64,000 bases of DNA from Candidatus Parcubacteria bacterium (GTDB lineage Bacteria > Patescibacteriota > Patescibacteriia > Buchananbacterales > SURF-54). The stretch spans positions 66,065-130,064 of the forward strand of contig QZIX01000009.1 of the NCBI GenBank assembly GCA_003599635.1. Reading direction: 5' to 3'. The notes under the pieces are model-generated. The model ran no database searches. It worked only from the letters and a program-made list of their open reading frames with translations, and was not told the DNA's origin. A program made the translations under genes and the position numbers. Positions 29,559 to 38,874 of this stretch are shown piece after piece (position 1 is the first letter of the stretch; the number at the start of each line of letters is the position of its first letter).

Positions 29559-30422
29559 ATGTTAAAACAATCTGAAGGCAGTCAGCTGTCCGGATGGCAG
29601 TTAAAATTGGGCTACTGGTATGTAAGCAATAAGCTTAGGATTAAAAAAATTTTTATTATTTTATTGATTGTCCTGGATGTTTTGTTGCTTGGAATTTCTG
29701 CTATTTATGCGGTCGTTCTTCTATTGATTCAGGCAGAGCCGCACAGCTTGATGTTAAAAGAATTAAACAAAGATCTGGTAAATTACAATTTTTTTCATGA
29801 AAAAAACAAGCTGCAAAATATTGAACAGCTGGCTCTTGAGGTGATTCGTTCTTCCAACGGCAAATATGACCTGGCGGCGGTAATAAGAAATCCGAATAAA
29901 GAATGGCAGATAGAAAATTTTCATTACCAGTTTGTTTCCGGAGCTGATGTCATTTCCGAAGGCAACAGTTTTATATTGCCCGGACAAGAAAAATATATTG
30001 CCGCTTTTGGCGTGGAGAAAAAATTTTCCCCGGGCGATTTGATGATAAGCGTATCCGATATAAACTGGCGTCGCATTGATGATTTTCAGAAAATTTCGTC
30101 AGAAAAAATGAAATTCGAATTTAATGATATAAATTTTTTACCTGCCGGCAAATTAAGCTCCAGCGGCAGATATAACGTGAGTCAGAGCCGTTTTCAAGTC
30201 AAAAATAATTCCGCCTATAATTTTTGGCTGGTGGGATTTTATGTCGTCCTTTATTCCGGCAGCAATATATCAGGCATAAGTTTTTTGAATTTAGAAGATT
30301 TTTCTTCATTGGAAACAAAGTCAGCTTCAGTAAACTGGGATTATCCCTTGCCGACCATAACCAAAACCGAAATCGTGCCGGAAATAAATATTTTAGACCA
30401 GTCGGTTTTCCGGAAAAACTAA
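29559..30422 (+). CDS. Hypothetical membrane-anchored protein upstream of the ABC exporter
   Basis: One N-terminal TM helix plus an extracytoplasmic domain of about 230 aa; co-oriented with the exporter genes. Confidence 0.45.
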   Translation: MLKQSEGSQLSGWQLKLGYWYVSNKLRIKKIFIILLIVLDVLLLGISAIYAVVLLLIQAEPHSLMLKELNKDLVNYNFFHEKNKLQNIEQLALEVIRSSNGKYDLAAVIRNPNKEWQIENFHYQFVSGADVISEGNSFILPGQEKYIAAFGVEKKFSPGDLMISVSDINWRRIDDFQKISSEKMKFEFNDINFLPAGKLSSSGRYNVSQSRFQVKNNSAYNFWLVGFYVVLYSGSNISGISFLNLEDFSSLETKSASVNWDYPLPTITKTEIVPEINILDQSVFRKN

Positions 30423-30471
30423 TAATTTAAAATTTAACTGGCAGCGTTATTTTTTTATTACACAAACACTT

Positions 30472-31188
30472 ATGGAATTGATAAAAGTAGTCGATTTAAA
30501 AAAACAATACGGAGAAGCCATAGTGACGCCGGTACTTTTCGGGCTTAATTTTAAAATTAACGCCGGAGAATTTGTGGCTATTATGGGTCCGTCCGGTTCG
30601 GGTAAATCGACTTTGATGCACATTCTTGGCTTTCTTGACACGGCAACTTCGGGAAAATACCTTTTTGCTGGCGAAAATGTTTCTGAATTTGATGATGACA
30701 AACTTGCCCGTAACCGCAATCAGAAAGTCGGTTTTGTTTTTCAGGCTTTTAATCTACTTCCCAGGACAACGGTTTTTGAAAACGTAAAACTGCCGCTGGT
30801 TTATTCGGATATTGCCGGTGAAAAAGAAAAAAAAGAAAAAACAGACACTGCCATTAAATCAGTTAATCTTGAGCACAGGTCCGATTATAGGACCAGCCAG
30901 CTTTCGGGCGGTGAAAAACAGCGGGTGGCCATAGCCAGGGCCTTGGTAAATGACCCGGCAGTAATTTTTGCCGATGAACCGACTGGTAATTTGGACAGTA
31001 AATCCGGATCGCAAATTATGGAGATTCTGGAAAAATTGAATAATAACGGCAAAACCATAATTTTAGTAACTCACGAACATGATACGGCCAGGCATGCCAA
31101 AAGGATAATCCATTTAAAAGACGGAAGAATAATTTCCGATGAAATGGTCGCCGACCGGAAAAAAGCGTCCGACGGGCTTTTTAAATAA
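30472..31188 (+). CDS. ABC transporter ATP-binding protein (MacB/LolD family)
   Basis: Walker [10 protein letters not shown], signature LSGGEKQR, Walker [12 protein letters not shown]. Confidence 0.9.
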   Translation: MELIKVVDLKKQYGEAIVTPVLFGLNFKINAGEFVAIMGPSGSGKSTLMHILGFLDTATSGKYLFAGENVSEFDDDKLARNRNQKVGFVFQAFNLLPRTTVFENVKLPLVYSDIAGEKEKKEKTDTAIKSVNLEHRSDYRTSQLSGGEKQRVAIARALVNDPAVIFADEPTGNLDSKSGSQIMEILEKLNNNGKTIILVTHEHDTARHAKRIIHLKDGRIISDEMVADRKKASDGLFK

Positions 31189-31236
31189 GCTGTCAGGATA
31201 CCAAGAAATGAACGGGCGGAATTTATTATACAAGCA

Positions 31237-32478
31237 ATGACCCTTTACTATACTATAAAAGATTCGCTGGAAAATTTAAGAACAAATAAGATCCGCACCT
31301 TTCTTACTCTTTTAGGAATGGTGATCGGCATTTCTTCGGTTATCATTATTATGTCGGTGGGCGCCGGAGCGCAGAGTCTGATTTTAAATCAGATAAAGGG
31401 GGTCGGTTCGAATCTGATAGCCGTGTTTCCTGGAGCTTCGGATGAAAACGGTCCGCCGGCAGCGGTTATGGGAATAACTGTTACAACGCTTAAATACGAG
31501 GATTCGCTGGCTTTAATGGAAAAATCAAATGTTACTCATATAATCGATGCCGCGGCATATGTCCGGGGAACGGCAACTATTTCCTGGCAGAACAGAAACA
31601 CCGATACTTCCTTTAACGGAACGACTTATAATTACAATTCTGTTGAAGACGCCGAAGTGGAGCTAGGAAGATTTTTTTCATTTGACGAGGAAAAATCACT
31701 GGCCAGAGTCGTGGTCCTGGGCAGCCAGGTCGCCGATGATCTTTTTTTGGGAGCCGATCCTTTAGGCGAGAATGTAAAAATTAAAAAAGAAATGTTCAAG
31801 GTTATCGGAGTAATGAAAAAAAGGGGTGTGGTAAGCTTTCAAAATCAGGATGATCAGGTTTTTATTCCGCTGACAACCGCCCAGAAGATACTCCTGGGAA
31901 TAAACCACGTATCGTTTATAAGAGCCAAGATAGACGACGAAAAAAACATCGAACAGACAAAGGAAGAAATTGCCCTGACATTAAGGGAACGGCATAACAT
32001 TTCCGATCCTTCACAGGACGATTTTTCCGTGCGCAGCGCCAATCAGGCAATGGATGTTTTAAAAACCGTGACTTCGGCATTAAGCTATTTTTTGGCGGCA
32101 ATAGCCGCTTTGTCATTAATTGTTGGCGGTGTGGGGATTATGAATATTATGCTGGTGGCGGTAAATGAAAGAATCAAGGAAATCGGATTGCGAAAAGCAA
32201 TCGGTGCGCGACCCAAAAATATAATGATGCAATTCCTTACGGAAACAGTGGTTATTTCTTTAAGCGGCGGTATTGCAGGAGTAATAGTGGGAGCATTGGT
32301 ATCCTTTGCCATTGCCTTTACTGCCAAAATTTTAAATTACGACTGGGATCTGATAATAAGCGTATTTTCGCTGATTCTGGCAACGGGATTTTCCGTTTTG
32401 GTCGGATTGGTCTTCGGCATTTATCCGTCATTCAGGGCGGCGAAAATGGATCCTATTGAAGCTTTAAGATATGAATGA
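31237..32478 (+). CDS. ABC transporter permease, FtsX/MacB family (paralog 1)
   Basis: N-terminal TM helix, MacB-type periplasmic domain, C-terminal 3-TM FtsX domain. Confidence 0.85.
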   Translation: MTLYYTIKDSLENLRTNKIRTFLTLLGMVIGISSVIIIMSVGAGAQSLILNQIKGVGSNLIAVFPGASDENGPPAAVMGITVTTLKYEDSLALMEKSNVTHIIDAAAYVRGTATISWQNRNTDTSFNGTTYNYNSVEDAEVELGRFFSFDEEKSLARVVVLGSQVADDLFLGADPLGENVKIKKEMFKVIGVMKKRGVVSFQNQDDQVFIPLTTAQKILLGINHVSFIRAKIDDEKNIEQTKEEIALTLRERHNISDPSQDDFSVRSANQAMDVLKTVTSALSYFLAAIAALSLIVGGVGIMNIMLVAVNERIKEIGLRKAIGARPKNIMMQFLTETVVISLSGGIAGVIVGALVSFAIAFTAKILNYDWDLIISVFSLILATGFSVLVGLVFGIYPSFRAAKMDPIEALRYE

Positions 32479-32481
32479 AAA

Positions 32482-32520
32482 AGCACTCCCGCGGTGGAGA
32501 GTGCTGGTTTATTTGTTTTG
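32482..32520 (+). terminator. Intrinsic terminator (AGCACTC-ccgcggtg-GAGAGTGCT plus T-rich tail)
   Basis: Stem followed by GGTTTATTTGTTTTG directly after the stop. Confidence 0.5.
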
Positions 32521-33012
32521 ACTCATTTTTTTATTAAGTCATACCAACCGCAAATAATCAGGTAAATTGCGGTCGGAAGTCCAAAGCATAATAATATTGT
32601 TAATTTCAACATTAATACATTGTCCATGTCCATATTCCTTTCTTTGCCTGAATTGTGGCTTATTATAAAGAGCGGTGGTTTTAGTGGAAATTATTTAATA
32701 TATAGCATATTTTGAGAAAAAAGTCAATACCACCCCAGCTGAATTCAATGAGTAAGTGCAAAACCCTTGGTAAAATAAGGGTATGTGAAAAAAAAGACGC
32801 AAGTGGCAAAGAATTATTTTTCGTTGATGCGTTTAAGTCCCTTGCGGTTGTTTTTCTGGCCCTGCGAACAATGCACAATAAGCCCAAGAATCCGAAAGTT
32901 GTTACGGTGATTTTGTAAGTAAAGCTGATAAGGTAGTAAAATAAAGTTCATTTCTTTTTTTCTTCTTAACACTGTAAAAACGGTTACATCATAATGCAAT
33001 AAATTATCGATC

Positions 33013-34263
33013 ATGTCGGGTTTCAATATTTTAAAAATTTCTTTGGACGCGCTTAAAAAAAACAAGATAAGGAGTTTTTTGACGATTTTTGGCATTGTCA
33101 TCGGAATTTCCGCCGTAATAATCGTAATGTCTGCCGGTAAAGGGCTTGAGGGACTGGTGCTGTCCGAGCTTGAAGCATTTGGCACGGATTTTATTGAAAT
33201 CGAGGTAAAAGTCCCGAACACCAAGCACACTTCATCGGAAAACGCTGTCGGAATGGTTCAGGGAATCACTGTAACTACGCTTAAATTCGAAGATGCCGAG
33301 GCAATTGAAAAACTACCCAATGTCATATCCAGTTATTCCGCCATTTTAGGTCAGGAAATCGTTTCTTTTGAGGGGGAAAACAAACAAGGAATGCTTTTCG
33401 GATCTTCCGCGTCATTTATTGACCTGGATCCCAGCGAAGTGGGCGAAGGCAGATTTTTCAGTCAAGACGAAGAAAGCAATTTGTCCCAGGTTGCCGTTTT
33501 GGGCTCGGCCATAAAAGGCGATCTTTTCGGTCCCGGTGACGCGGTCGGAAAATCAGTCAAAATCGGAAAATTGAAATTTGAAGTAATCGGTGTAATGGAA
33601 GAGCAGGGAGGCGGGGCTTTTTTCGACCGAGATAATTTAGTTTTTCTTCCGTTGAGCACTTTGCAGAAAAAAATTATGGGCGTTGACTATGTTTCATTCA
33701 TTTTGGCTAAGGTAGAGGACAATTCGATGGCCAAAGCCACTGCTGATGAAATAACTATGCTGTTACGGGATCGCCATAATATTTCCGGAAATGACAAAGA
33801 CAAAGACGATTTTGCGGTCATTACTATGCAGGAAGCATTGGATATGCTGGATACTGTTTTTGGCGCCATTACTCTTTTGCTTATAGCTTTAGCGGGAATT
33901 TCGCTTATCGTGGGCGGAGTCGGCATTATGAACATAATGTACGTGTCCGTCGCGGAGAGGACTTATGAAATCGGTTTAAGAAAATCAGTGGGAGCGTCAA
34001 AACAAGATATTTTGTTGCAGTTTTTGTTTGAAGCCGTTGCCGTAACTTTTGCCGGCGCCGTACTGGGAATTTTAATCGGTATTCTATTCTCATTTTTGAT
34101 CTATGTCGGCGCGACAAGCCAGGGCTTGAATTGGCGTTTTATAATTACACCGTTGTCTGTTGTCTTGGCCTGCGGGTTTTCCGTAGCTCTGGGGCTTATT
34201 TTCGGCCTGTGGCCGGCCAAAAGAGCTTCTGAACTTGATCCGGTGGAAGCTTTAAGAAGATAA
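33013..34263 (+). CDS. ABC transporter permease, FtsX/MacB family (paralog 2)
   Basis: Same architecture as 31237-32478; shared motifs such as GITVTTLK, LIVGGVGIMNIM and DPVEALR. Confidence 0.85.
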   Translation: MSGFNILKISLDALKKNKIRSFLTIFGIVIGISAVIIVMSAGKGLEGLVLSELEAFGTDFIEIEVKVPNTKHTSSENAVGMVQGITVTTLKFEDAEAIEKLPNVISSYSAILGQEIVSFEGENKQGMLFGSSASFIDLDPSEVGEGRFFSQDEESNLSQVAVLGSAIKGDLFGPGDAVGKSVKIGKLKFEVIGVMEEQGGGAFFDRDNLVFLPLSTLQKKIMGVDYVSFILAKVEDNSMAKATADEITMLLRDRHNISGNDKDKDDFAVITMQEALDMLDTVFGAITLLLIALAGISLIVGGVGIMNIMYVSVAERTYEIGLRKSVGASKQDILLQFLFEAVAVTFAGAVLGILIGILFSFLIYVGATSQGLNWRFIITPLSVVLACGFSVALGLIFGLWPAKRASELDPVEALRR

Positions 34264-34363
34264 TGGCAATACTTTCCCCGCCGTTCCTGCCAAAAGTAAA
34301 ATTTTTTTCATTTAACTTATGGAGTCACAAAAAAAGGGTGCGTGGCTCCCTAGCTGTTTTTAG

Positions 34364-34858
34364 CTATTCGAGGAAGTCTTCTTCTTCCTCATCTCCGTCT
34401 GCCGGTTGTAAATTGTTGTCTTGGCCGGCGACTTCCAGGACTTGTTTTTCGCAAAAAATGGGGCAGTTCATTCGAACCGCCAGAGCAATGGCATCGCTTG
34501 GCCGGCAGTCGATCTTGATGACAAGGTCATCGTTGCCGTTTGTTTCTTGCCGGAGTATCAGGTAGCCGTAAAAGGTTCCGCCTTCCAGCTTGTAAATCCG
34601 CACTGATTGCAGGCTGGTATGAAAACCTTTCAAAATAAGAACAATAAGGTCATGGGTCATCGGGCGCGGCATTTCGACTTTTTCCAAGCCATTGGCAATG
34701 GCAAAAGCTTCTGCATTCCCGGCCAGGATCGGCAAAATTCTGTCTTCATAGCTCAGAATAACAATCGGCCTTCCCAGTACATCATATATCCTCCGCCCAA
34801 CTTCATTTCCAGTAACGCCATTATCGTTCCTCCTTGTTATATTTTGGACGTGGCACAA
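34364..34858 (-). CDS. Bifunctional nuclease family protein (DUF151/BFN domain)
   Basis: LPILAGNAEAFAIA ... PRPMTHDL ... DCRPSDAIALAVRMNCPIF matches the BFN signature. The ORF-track start is TTG and the nearby RBS-ATG is out of frame, so the start is uncertain. Confidence 0.65.
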   Translation of the reverse strand: MCHVQNITRRNDNGVTGNEVGRRIYDVLGRPIVILSYEDRILPILAGNAEAFAIANGLEKVEMPRPMTHDLIVLILKGFHTSLQSVRIYKLEGGTFYGYLILRQETNGNDDLVIKIDCRPSDAIALAVRMNCPIFCEKQVLEVAGQDNNLQPADGDEEEEDFLE

Positions 34859-35010
34859 CAGAATTTCTGTAATCTTATAACTTTGTATTTTTTGTCAACT
34901 TGTAATGTCGGTTATTATGTTAAAAGGAACAGATATTTCCGGTGGCAATGGTGTGCCACTCTCGGCCGGGCTTTAAAACAGCCGGTTTTTTATGATTATC
35001 AGGTATACTC

Positions 35011-35039
35011 TTGACAAGCCCACTTTTAATTAATACAAT
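35011..35039 (+). promoter_or_regulatory. Sigma-A-type promoter TTGACA-N17-TACAAT for hrcA-grpE
   Basis: TTGACAagcccacttttaattaaTACAAT lies immediately upstream of the CIRCE element. Confidence 0.55.
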
Positions 35040-35043
35040 AGAA

Positions 35044-35070
35044 TTAGCACTCATACGTTTTGAGTGCTAA
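35044..35070 (+). promoter_or_regulatory. CIRCE operator (HrcA binding site)
   Basis: Perfect TTAGCACTC-N9-GAGTGCTAA; 20 nt upstream of hrcA. Confidence 0.9.
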
Positions 35071-35090
35071 CCAAAAAATAATCATTATTT

Positions 35091-35768
35091 ATGGAGAAAA
35101 GGCAGGAACAGCTTTTAGAATCAATAATTTTGCATCATATAGAAACAGCCGAGCCGGTCGGATCAAAATCTGTTGCCGGCAGCAGATTTTTTAATTTGTC
35201 TCCGGCGACAATACGAAATGAAATGGCAGTTCTTGAAAACGACGGCTATATTTTCCAGCCGCATACATCAGCCGGAAGGATTCCGACCGAAAAGGGTTAC
35301 CAGTATTACATTAAACATCTGCTTTCGGGAAAAGAACTGGATAAAAAATCAAAAAGCGGTTTGCTGACGGCGCAAAAAAACGGAAAGAAGGATTTGGCAA
35401 AAAAACTGGCGGAATTTTCACGGCTGGCGGTTTTTTTGGGATTTTCCGACAGCAATTTTTTTTATACCGGGCTGGCAAATCTTTTTTCCCAGCCGGAATT
35501 TTCCCAGCGGGAAAGAGTTTACAATATTTCCGAAGTTGTTGATCATCTAGATGAAGCGATCAATAAAATTTTTAACGACATAAACAGCGAACCCGAAATT
35601 TTTCTGGGAAAAAACAATCCTTTCGGCAGCTTTTGCGGCACCATCTGCGTTAAATACAGATCCAAAAATGAAAACGGCATTTTGGGACTTTTGGGGCCGG
35701 TGAGGATGAATTATAAAAAAAACCTGGCCCTGATCAAATATTCGTCAGAATTAATGGAAAGTTTATAA
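35091..35768 (+). CDS. hrcA: Heat-inducible transcription repressor HrcA (short form)
   Basis: Winged-helix N-terminus LLESIILHHIETAEPVGSKSVA...SPATIRNEMAVLE; located between the CIRCE element and grpE. Confidence 0.8.
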   Translation: MEKRQEQLLESIILHHIETAEPVGSKSVAGSRFFNLSPATIRNEMAVLENDGYIFQPHTSAGRIPTEKGYQYYIKHLLSGKELDKKSKSGLLTAQKNGKKDLAKKLAEFSRLAVFLGFSDSNFFYTGLANLFSQPEFSQRERVYNISEVVDHLDEAINKIFNDINSEPEIFLGKNNPFGSFCGTICVKYRSKNENGILGLLGPVRMNYKKNLALIKYSSELMESL

Positions 35769-35788
35769 GTCCGAATTATACTTTTAAT

Positions 35789-36295
35789 ATGACTGAACCA
35801 AAACCCGAAGAAAAAAAAGAAAAAAATGAATTCAAAGACGATACTTTAAGGCAGCTTGAAGAATGCCGGAAAAAGTCGGAAGAATATCTGAACGGCTGGA
35901 AACGCGCCAAGGCGGATTACATCAATTACAAAAAGGAAAAGGAAAAAGAATTTATCGATTTGGTAAAATTCGCCAACGCCGGTTTGATTTTGGAACTTTT
36001 GCCGATTCTTAACAATTTTAAGGAAGCCAGGAAACATCTGCCTAAAGAGCTGGAAAATTCGGAATGGGTAAAGGGAGTGTTTAGCATTAAAAGGCAGCTT
36101 AAGGATATGCTGAAAAATCTGGGTATTGAAGAGATCAGGACAGTCGGTGAAAAATTCGATCCGGCCATGCATGAAGCCGTGGCTGAGGAAGTGAAAGAAG
36201 GCATTCCGGCCGGTCAGATAATAGAAGAAGTAAAACCGGGCTACAAATTGCATGAAAAAGTGATTCAGGCAGCGAAAGTGAAAGTGGCGAAATAG
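35789..36295 (+). CDS. grpE: Nucleotide exchange factor GrpE
   Basis: Acidic coiled-coil N-terminus and GrpE C-terminal beta domain; classic hrcA-grpE order. Confidence 0.85.
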   Translation: MTEPKPEEKKEKNEFKDDTLRQLEECRKKSEEYLNGWKRAKADYINYKKEKEKEFIDLVKFANAGLILELLPILNNFKEARKHLPKELENSEWVKGVFSIKRQLKDMLKNLGIEEIRTVGEKFDPAMHEAVAEEVKEGIPAGQIIEEVKPGYKLHEKVIQAAKVKVAK

Positions 36296-36527
36296 CCCAC
36301 GGCTTAGAGTTAATGGCTAATGGTGTAAGATTAAATTAAGAGACGGAGAGATTTGTTGAAAATTTGGAAATTAACATTTAAAATTTTGTTTGGCATTTTC
36401 CGCCAGAGGCGGATCTGCCTTTGGCTGATGATTTTGGAATTTTAAAATTTTAATAAATAAAATATTAATAAAATTGTCAGGGTAAACCAAAAAATACCAA
36501 CTGGCAATTTTTAAGGAGAATAAACTT

Positions 36528-36968
36528 ATGGCAATTATAAAATGGACACCTTTTTTAGGCGGCGAACCATTTGAGGACATGGGCAAATGGCTCGAAACTT
36601 TCGAAAAATCAGCCGGCCAGGGATTTACGCCGGCAGTCGATGTTTATCAGGACAAGGACAATGTTTATGTTCAAACGCCTTTGGCGGGAGTAAATCCGGA
36701 AGATGTTGACGTTTCGATTGAAAATGACGTTTTGACGGTTAAAGGCGAAAGTAAAAAGGAATCAGAAGTCGATGAAAAAAATTATTATAGAAAAGAAATC
36801 CGGCAGGGCAGTTTTTACCGTTCGGTTGCTTTGCCTGCTCACGTTATCGGTGAAAAGGCACAGGCCGAATCCCATGAAGGCATGCTAAAAATCGTTGTCC
36901 CCAAAGCGCCGGAAGCCAAAACCAAAACAATCAAAGTTAAGGTTAAAGGAAAAAAGTCAAAAAGATAA
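36528..36968 (+). CDS. Hsp20/alpha-crystallin family small heat-shock protein
   Basis: Alpha-crystallin domain PAVDVYQDKDNVYVQTPLAGVNPEDVDVSIENDVLTVKGE. Confidence 0.85.
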   Translation: MAIIKWTPFLGGEPFEDMGKWLETFEKSAGQGFTPAVDVYQDKDNVYVQTPLAGVNPEDVDVSIENDVLTVKGESKKESEVDEKNYYRKEIRQGSFYRSVALPAHVIGEKAQAESHEGMLKIVVPKAPEAKTKTIKVKVKGKKSKR

Positions 36969-37005
36969 CTGTTTTTTACAATTTAAAATTGTCTTAAAAG
37001 AAGGC

Positions 37006-37278
37006 CTACTTGAGCAGTAGGCCGATGAAATGCCGAATGATATTGAATGACCACTTTCCATTTTCATGGTCGTAGAAAAGCGGTTTTTTTCTGGTGATTT
37101 GACTCAGTATAAAACAAAAAGTGTAGAGTCCCTCCAAAATAAGACCAAAGAAAATGAGTAAAAACTTATGGCAGTAAAGACCACCAACGATAAGAGCGAA
37201 AGGTAAGAATGAAAAAAAGACATATTCTTTGATGCTTAGACTGTTGAACACCGTAATGTTCTGATCTTTTTCAGTCAT
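37006..37278 (-). CDS. Hypothetical small membrane protein (90 aa)
   Basis: Two TM helices; a terminator hairpin overlaps its stop codon. Confidence 0.35.
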   Translation of the reverse strand: MTEKDQNITVFNSLSIKEYVFFSFLPFALIVGGLYCHKFLLIFFGLILEGLYTFCFILSQITRKKPLFYDHENGKWSFNIIRHFIGLLLK

Positions 37279-37304
37279 TTTTCACTCCTTTGATTAATGT
37301 ACAA

Positions 37305-37439
37305 TCAATTGTCGTTTGATGGAATTTCGTTTTGTTCTTTCAAATGTTCGGGGCATTTTTGGCAGCCATCTTTTTCATAAGCTCGGGTGCAGTTGCCGCA
37401 TGCTTGTTGATTTATAGCTTCTTGTTCGGGGTCATACAT
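37305..37439 (-). CDS. Small zinc-ribbon protein (44 aa; C-x2-C-x9-C-x2-C)
   Basis: MYDPEQEAINQQACGNCTRAYEKDGCQKCPEHLKEQNEIPSNDN; this ORF is below the cutoff of the supplied track; weak RBS aaagga. Confidence 0.35.
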   Translation of the reverse strand: MYDPEQEAINQQACGNCTRAYEKDGCQKCPEHLKEQNEIPSNDN

Positions 37440-37593
37440 ATTTTTTTCCTTTCTTTGAAATATCTATAACAGAATGTATGAATCGGTCAAGGGGATAAGT
37501 AAGAGAGTTCTGGATTTGCTTCAAAATTTTAATCAGTTGATGGTGGTTAAAAGCTACGCGATTATGACGATAATGCGATCGGTAATATAATAA

Positions 37594-37682
37594 AAAAGCC
37601 CGCCAGTTGGCTTTAATAATAAAATAATTTGCCAAAAGGCGGGTCGTTACGAAAGCCCTTATGCGTGCGGGAAAGAACAGTG
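37594..37682 (-). ncRNA. Candidate small RNA of about 90 nt, bounded by a consensus promoter and an intrinsic terminator
   Basis: Minus-strand TTGACT-N17-TATAAT at 37689-37717; terminator CCCGCCTTTTGGC...GCCAACTGGCGGG plus CTTTTTT at 37594-37643; no ORF inside; GC-rich island in AT-rich DNA. Confidence 0.35.
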
Positions 37683-37688
37683 TGAAGG

Positions 37689-37717
37689 ATTATATCCCGG
37701 CCCGAAGGGCAAGTCAA
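37689..37717 (-). promoter_or_regulatory. Consensus sigma-70 promoter (TTGACT-17-TATAAT) on the minus strand
   Basis: Exact -35/-10 hexamers with a 17-nt spacer. Confidence 0.5.
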
Positions 37718-37742
37718 AAAAATCAAAAAATTAGGCAATTTT

Positions 37743-37771
37743 AAAAAAAATCCGCTTGAAAACAGCGGATT
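37743..37771 (-). terminator. Intrinsic terminator (AATCCGCT-tgaaaac-AGCGGATT plus U8 on the minus strand)
   Basis: Stem followed on the minus strand by TTTTTTTT; lies 3' of the 37786-37950 ORF. Confidence 0.55.
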
Positions 37772-37785
37772 GGTGAAATTTTTTG

Positions 37786-37950
37786 TCACTTGTTGAATTT
37801 ATCAAGGTTATGGCAGATGAACCAGCAGCAGATTAAGAGGACAGCAAAAACTATTCTCCAGGCAAACGACAGTTTTTCGATGCCACTACTATTGATATTA
37901 AAAACTATCGTTGGCAGAACAAAAACAAAAACAATTACGGCTTTTAACAT
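37786..37950 (-). CDS. Hypothetical small membrane protein
   Basis: MLKAVIVFVFVLPTIV... hydrophobic; a terminator immediately follows. Confidence 0.3.
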   Translation of the reverse strand: MLKAVIVFVFVLPTIVFNINSSGIEKLSFAWRIVFAVLLICCWFICHNLDKFNK

Positions 37951-38241
37951 ATTTTTTCCCCCTAAAGAAATAGACTGAAAAAAAGAACATTTCAAACAGT
38001 TAATCAAATTCCGCGAAAGATGTCAAGATAAGTCTGAAATTGCCGCAAGATAAAGAAAGTTTTTTTATGATATTAAAAAAAAGAAAGGTTGAAAAAGAAA
38101 CCCGGAAAAAAAGTTAGCGCTTTTGAAGTTGTGAACTTTAAAATAAAAAAATGCCCCTCTCTGCGGCAGCTTATCCACCAGAAGCAATATTTTACCTCTG
38201 TTTAAATAATGGCAAGGCCCAGAGAGGGGAAAAACAAGATA

Positions 38242-38433
38242 CTATTTAAAGGTTCGATAAAGTATAACTGCGCTCCAAATGGCAAAAATTATGCCTGCGC
38301 TGCTAAATCCCAGGGTTGCCGCAAAATGACTGATATTTATTGAAGACATTACAACCCATGATAACCCAAACAAAAACATAATCTGCCAGAAGAGAAATGG
38401 TAATTTTCGCACTATCACTGACCCCCCCTTCAA
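38242..38433 (-). CDS. Hypothetical small membrane protein (63 aa)
   Basis: Two TM helices; the long-loop hairpin CCCCTCTCTG...CAGAGAGGGG plus T-run at 38145-38232 follows on the minus strand. Confidence 0.35.
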   Translation of the reverse strand: MKGGSVIVRKLPFLFWQIMFLFGLSWVVMSSINISHFAATLGFSSAGIIFAIWSAVILYRTFK

Positions 38434-38582
38434 TTTATTAGAATATTTAATATTAGCAAATTTTTAAAAAAAGTCAAGATGAAATTAAATAATTCCGGTT
38501 TAGAGTTTTTTCCTGTTAATCTGAATGAAAGCTATAAGATTTTTACCTTGATGCTGTTTAAAATAAAAATCGCCGTAAAAAA

Positions 38583-38819
38583 CTAATTTTTACGGCGAAA
38601 TGTCTTGGACAATGAATCCTTTATTTTCCAGAACACAAAAGCTCCAAGAGACACAATAGACATGAAAGGAACTGCGAAATATTCTGCTGTTTCCCGAGTT
38701 GAAAATCGCGTCATGGCAAAGGCCAAAGCTATGATGAATGCCAGAAGCAGACAGAAGACAAATGCTTCAGCCAGTTTCCATAAACAGAATCTTTCCGACA
38801 TGTTCTTTACTTTATCCAT
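38583..38819 (-). CDS. Hypothetical small membrane protein (78 aa)
   Basis: Two TM helices; a perfect 11-bp hairpin (CGCCGTAAAAA/TTTTTACGGCG) plus T-run at 38560-38597 overlaps the stop. Confidence 0.35.
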   Translation of the reverse strand: MDKVKNMSERFCLWKLAEAFVFCLLLAFIIALAFAMTRFSTRETAEYFAVPFMSIVSLGAFVFWKIKDSLSKTFRRKN

Positions 38820-38874
38820 ACTAACCCTCCTTCTGTTATAAATATGTTAACTATTTGTTTAAGATAAGTCAAAA

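Noticed and set aside
34263-35014. Plus-strand ORFs (100 aa and 135 aa) antisense to the DUF151 nuclease gene
   Set aside because: They are low-complexity, motif-free shadow ORFs; the region is better explained by the minus-strand BFN gene plus the hrcA promoter.
35846-36253. 135-aa and 92-aa minus-strand ORFs inside grpE
   Set aside because: They are antisense to a confidently assigned GrpE gene.
37432-37635. 67-aa minus-strand ORF overlapping the sRNA terminator and the zinc-ribbon start
   Set aside because: It starts with TTG and has no RBS. Its sequence is explained by a terminator hairpin plus AT-rich spacer.
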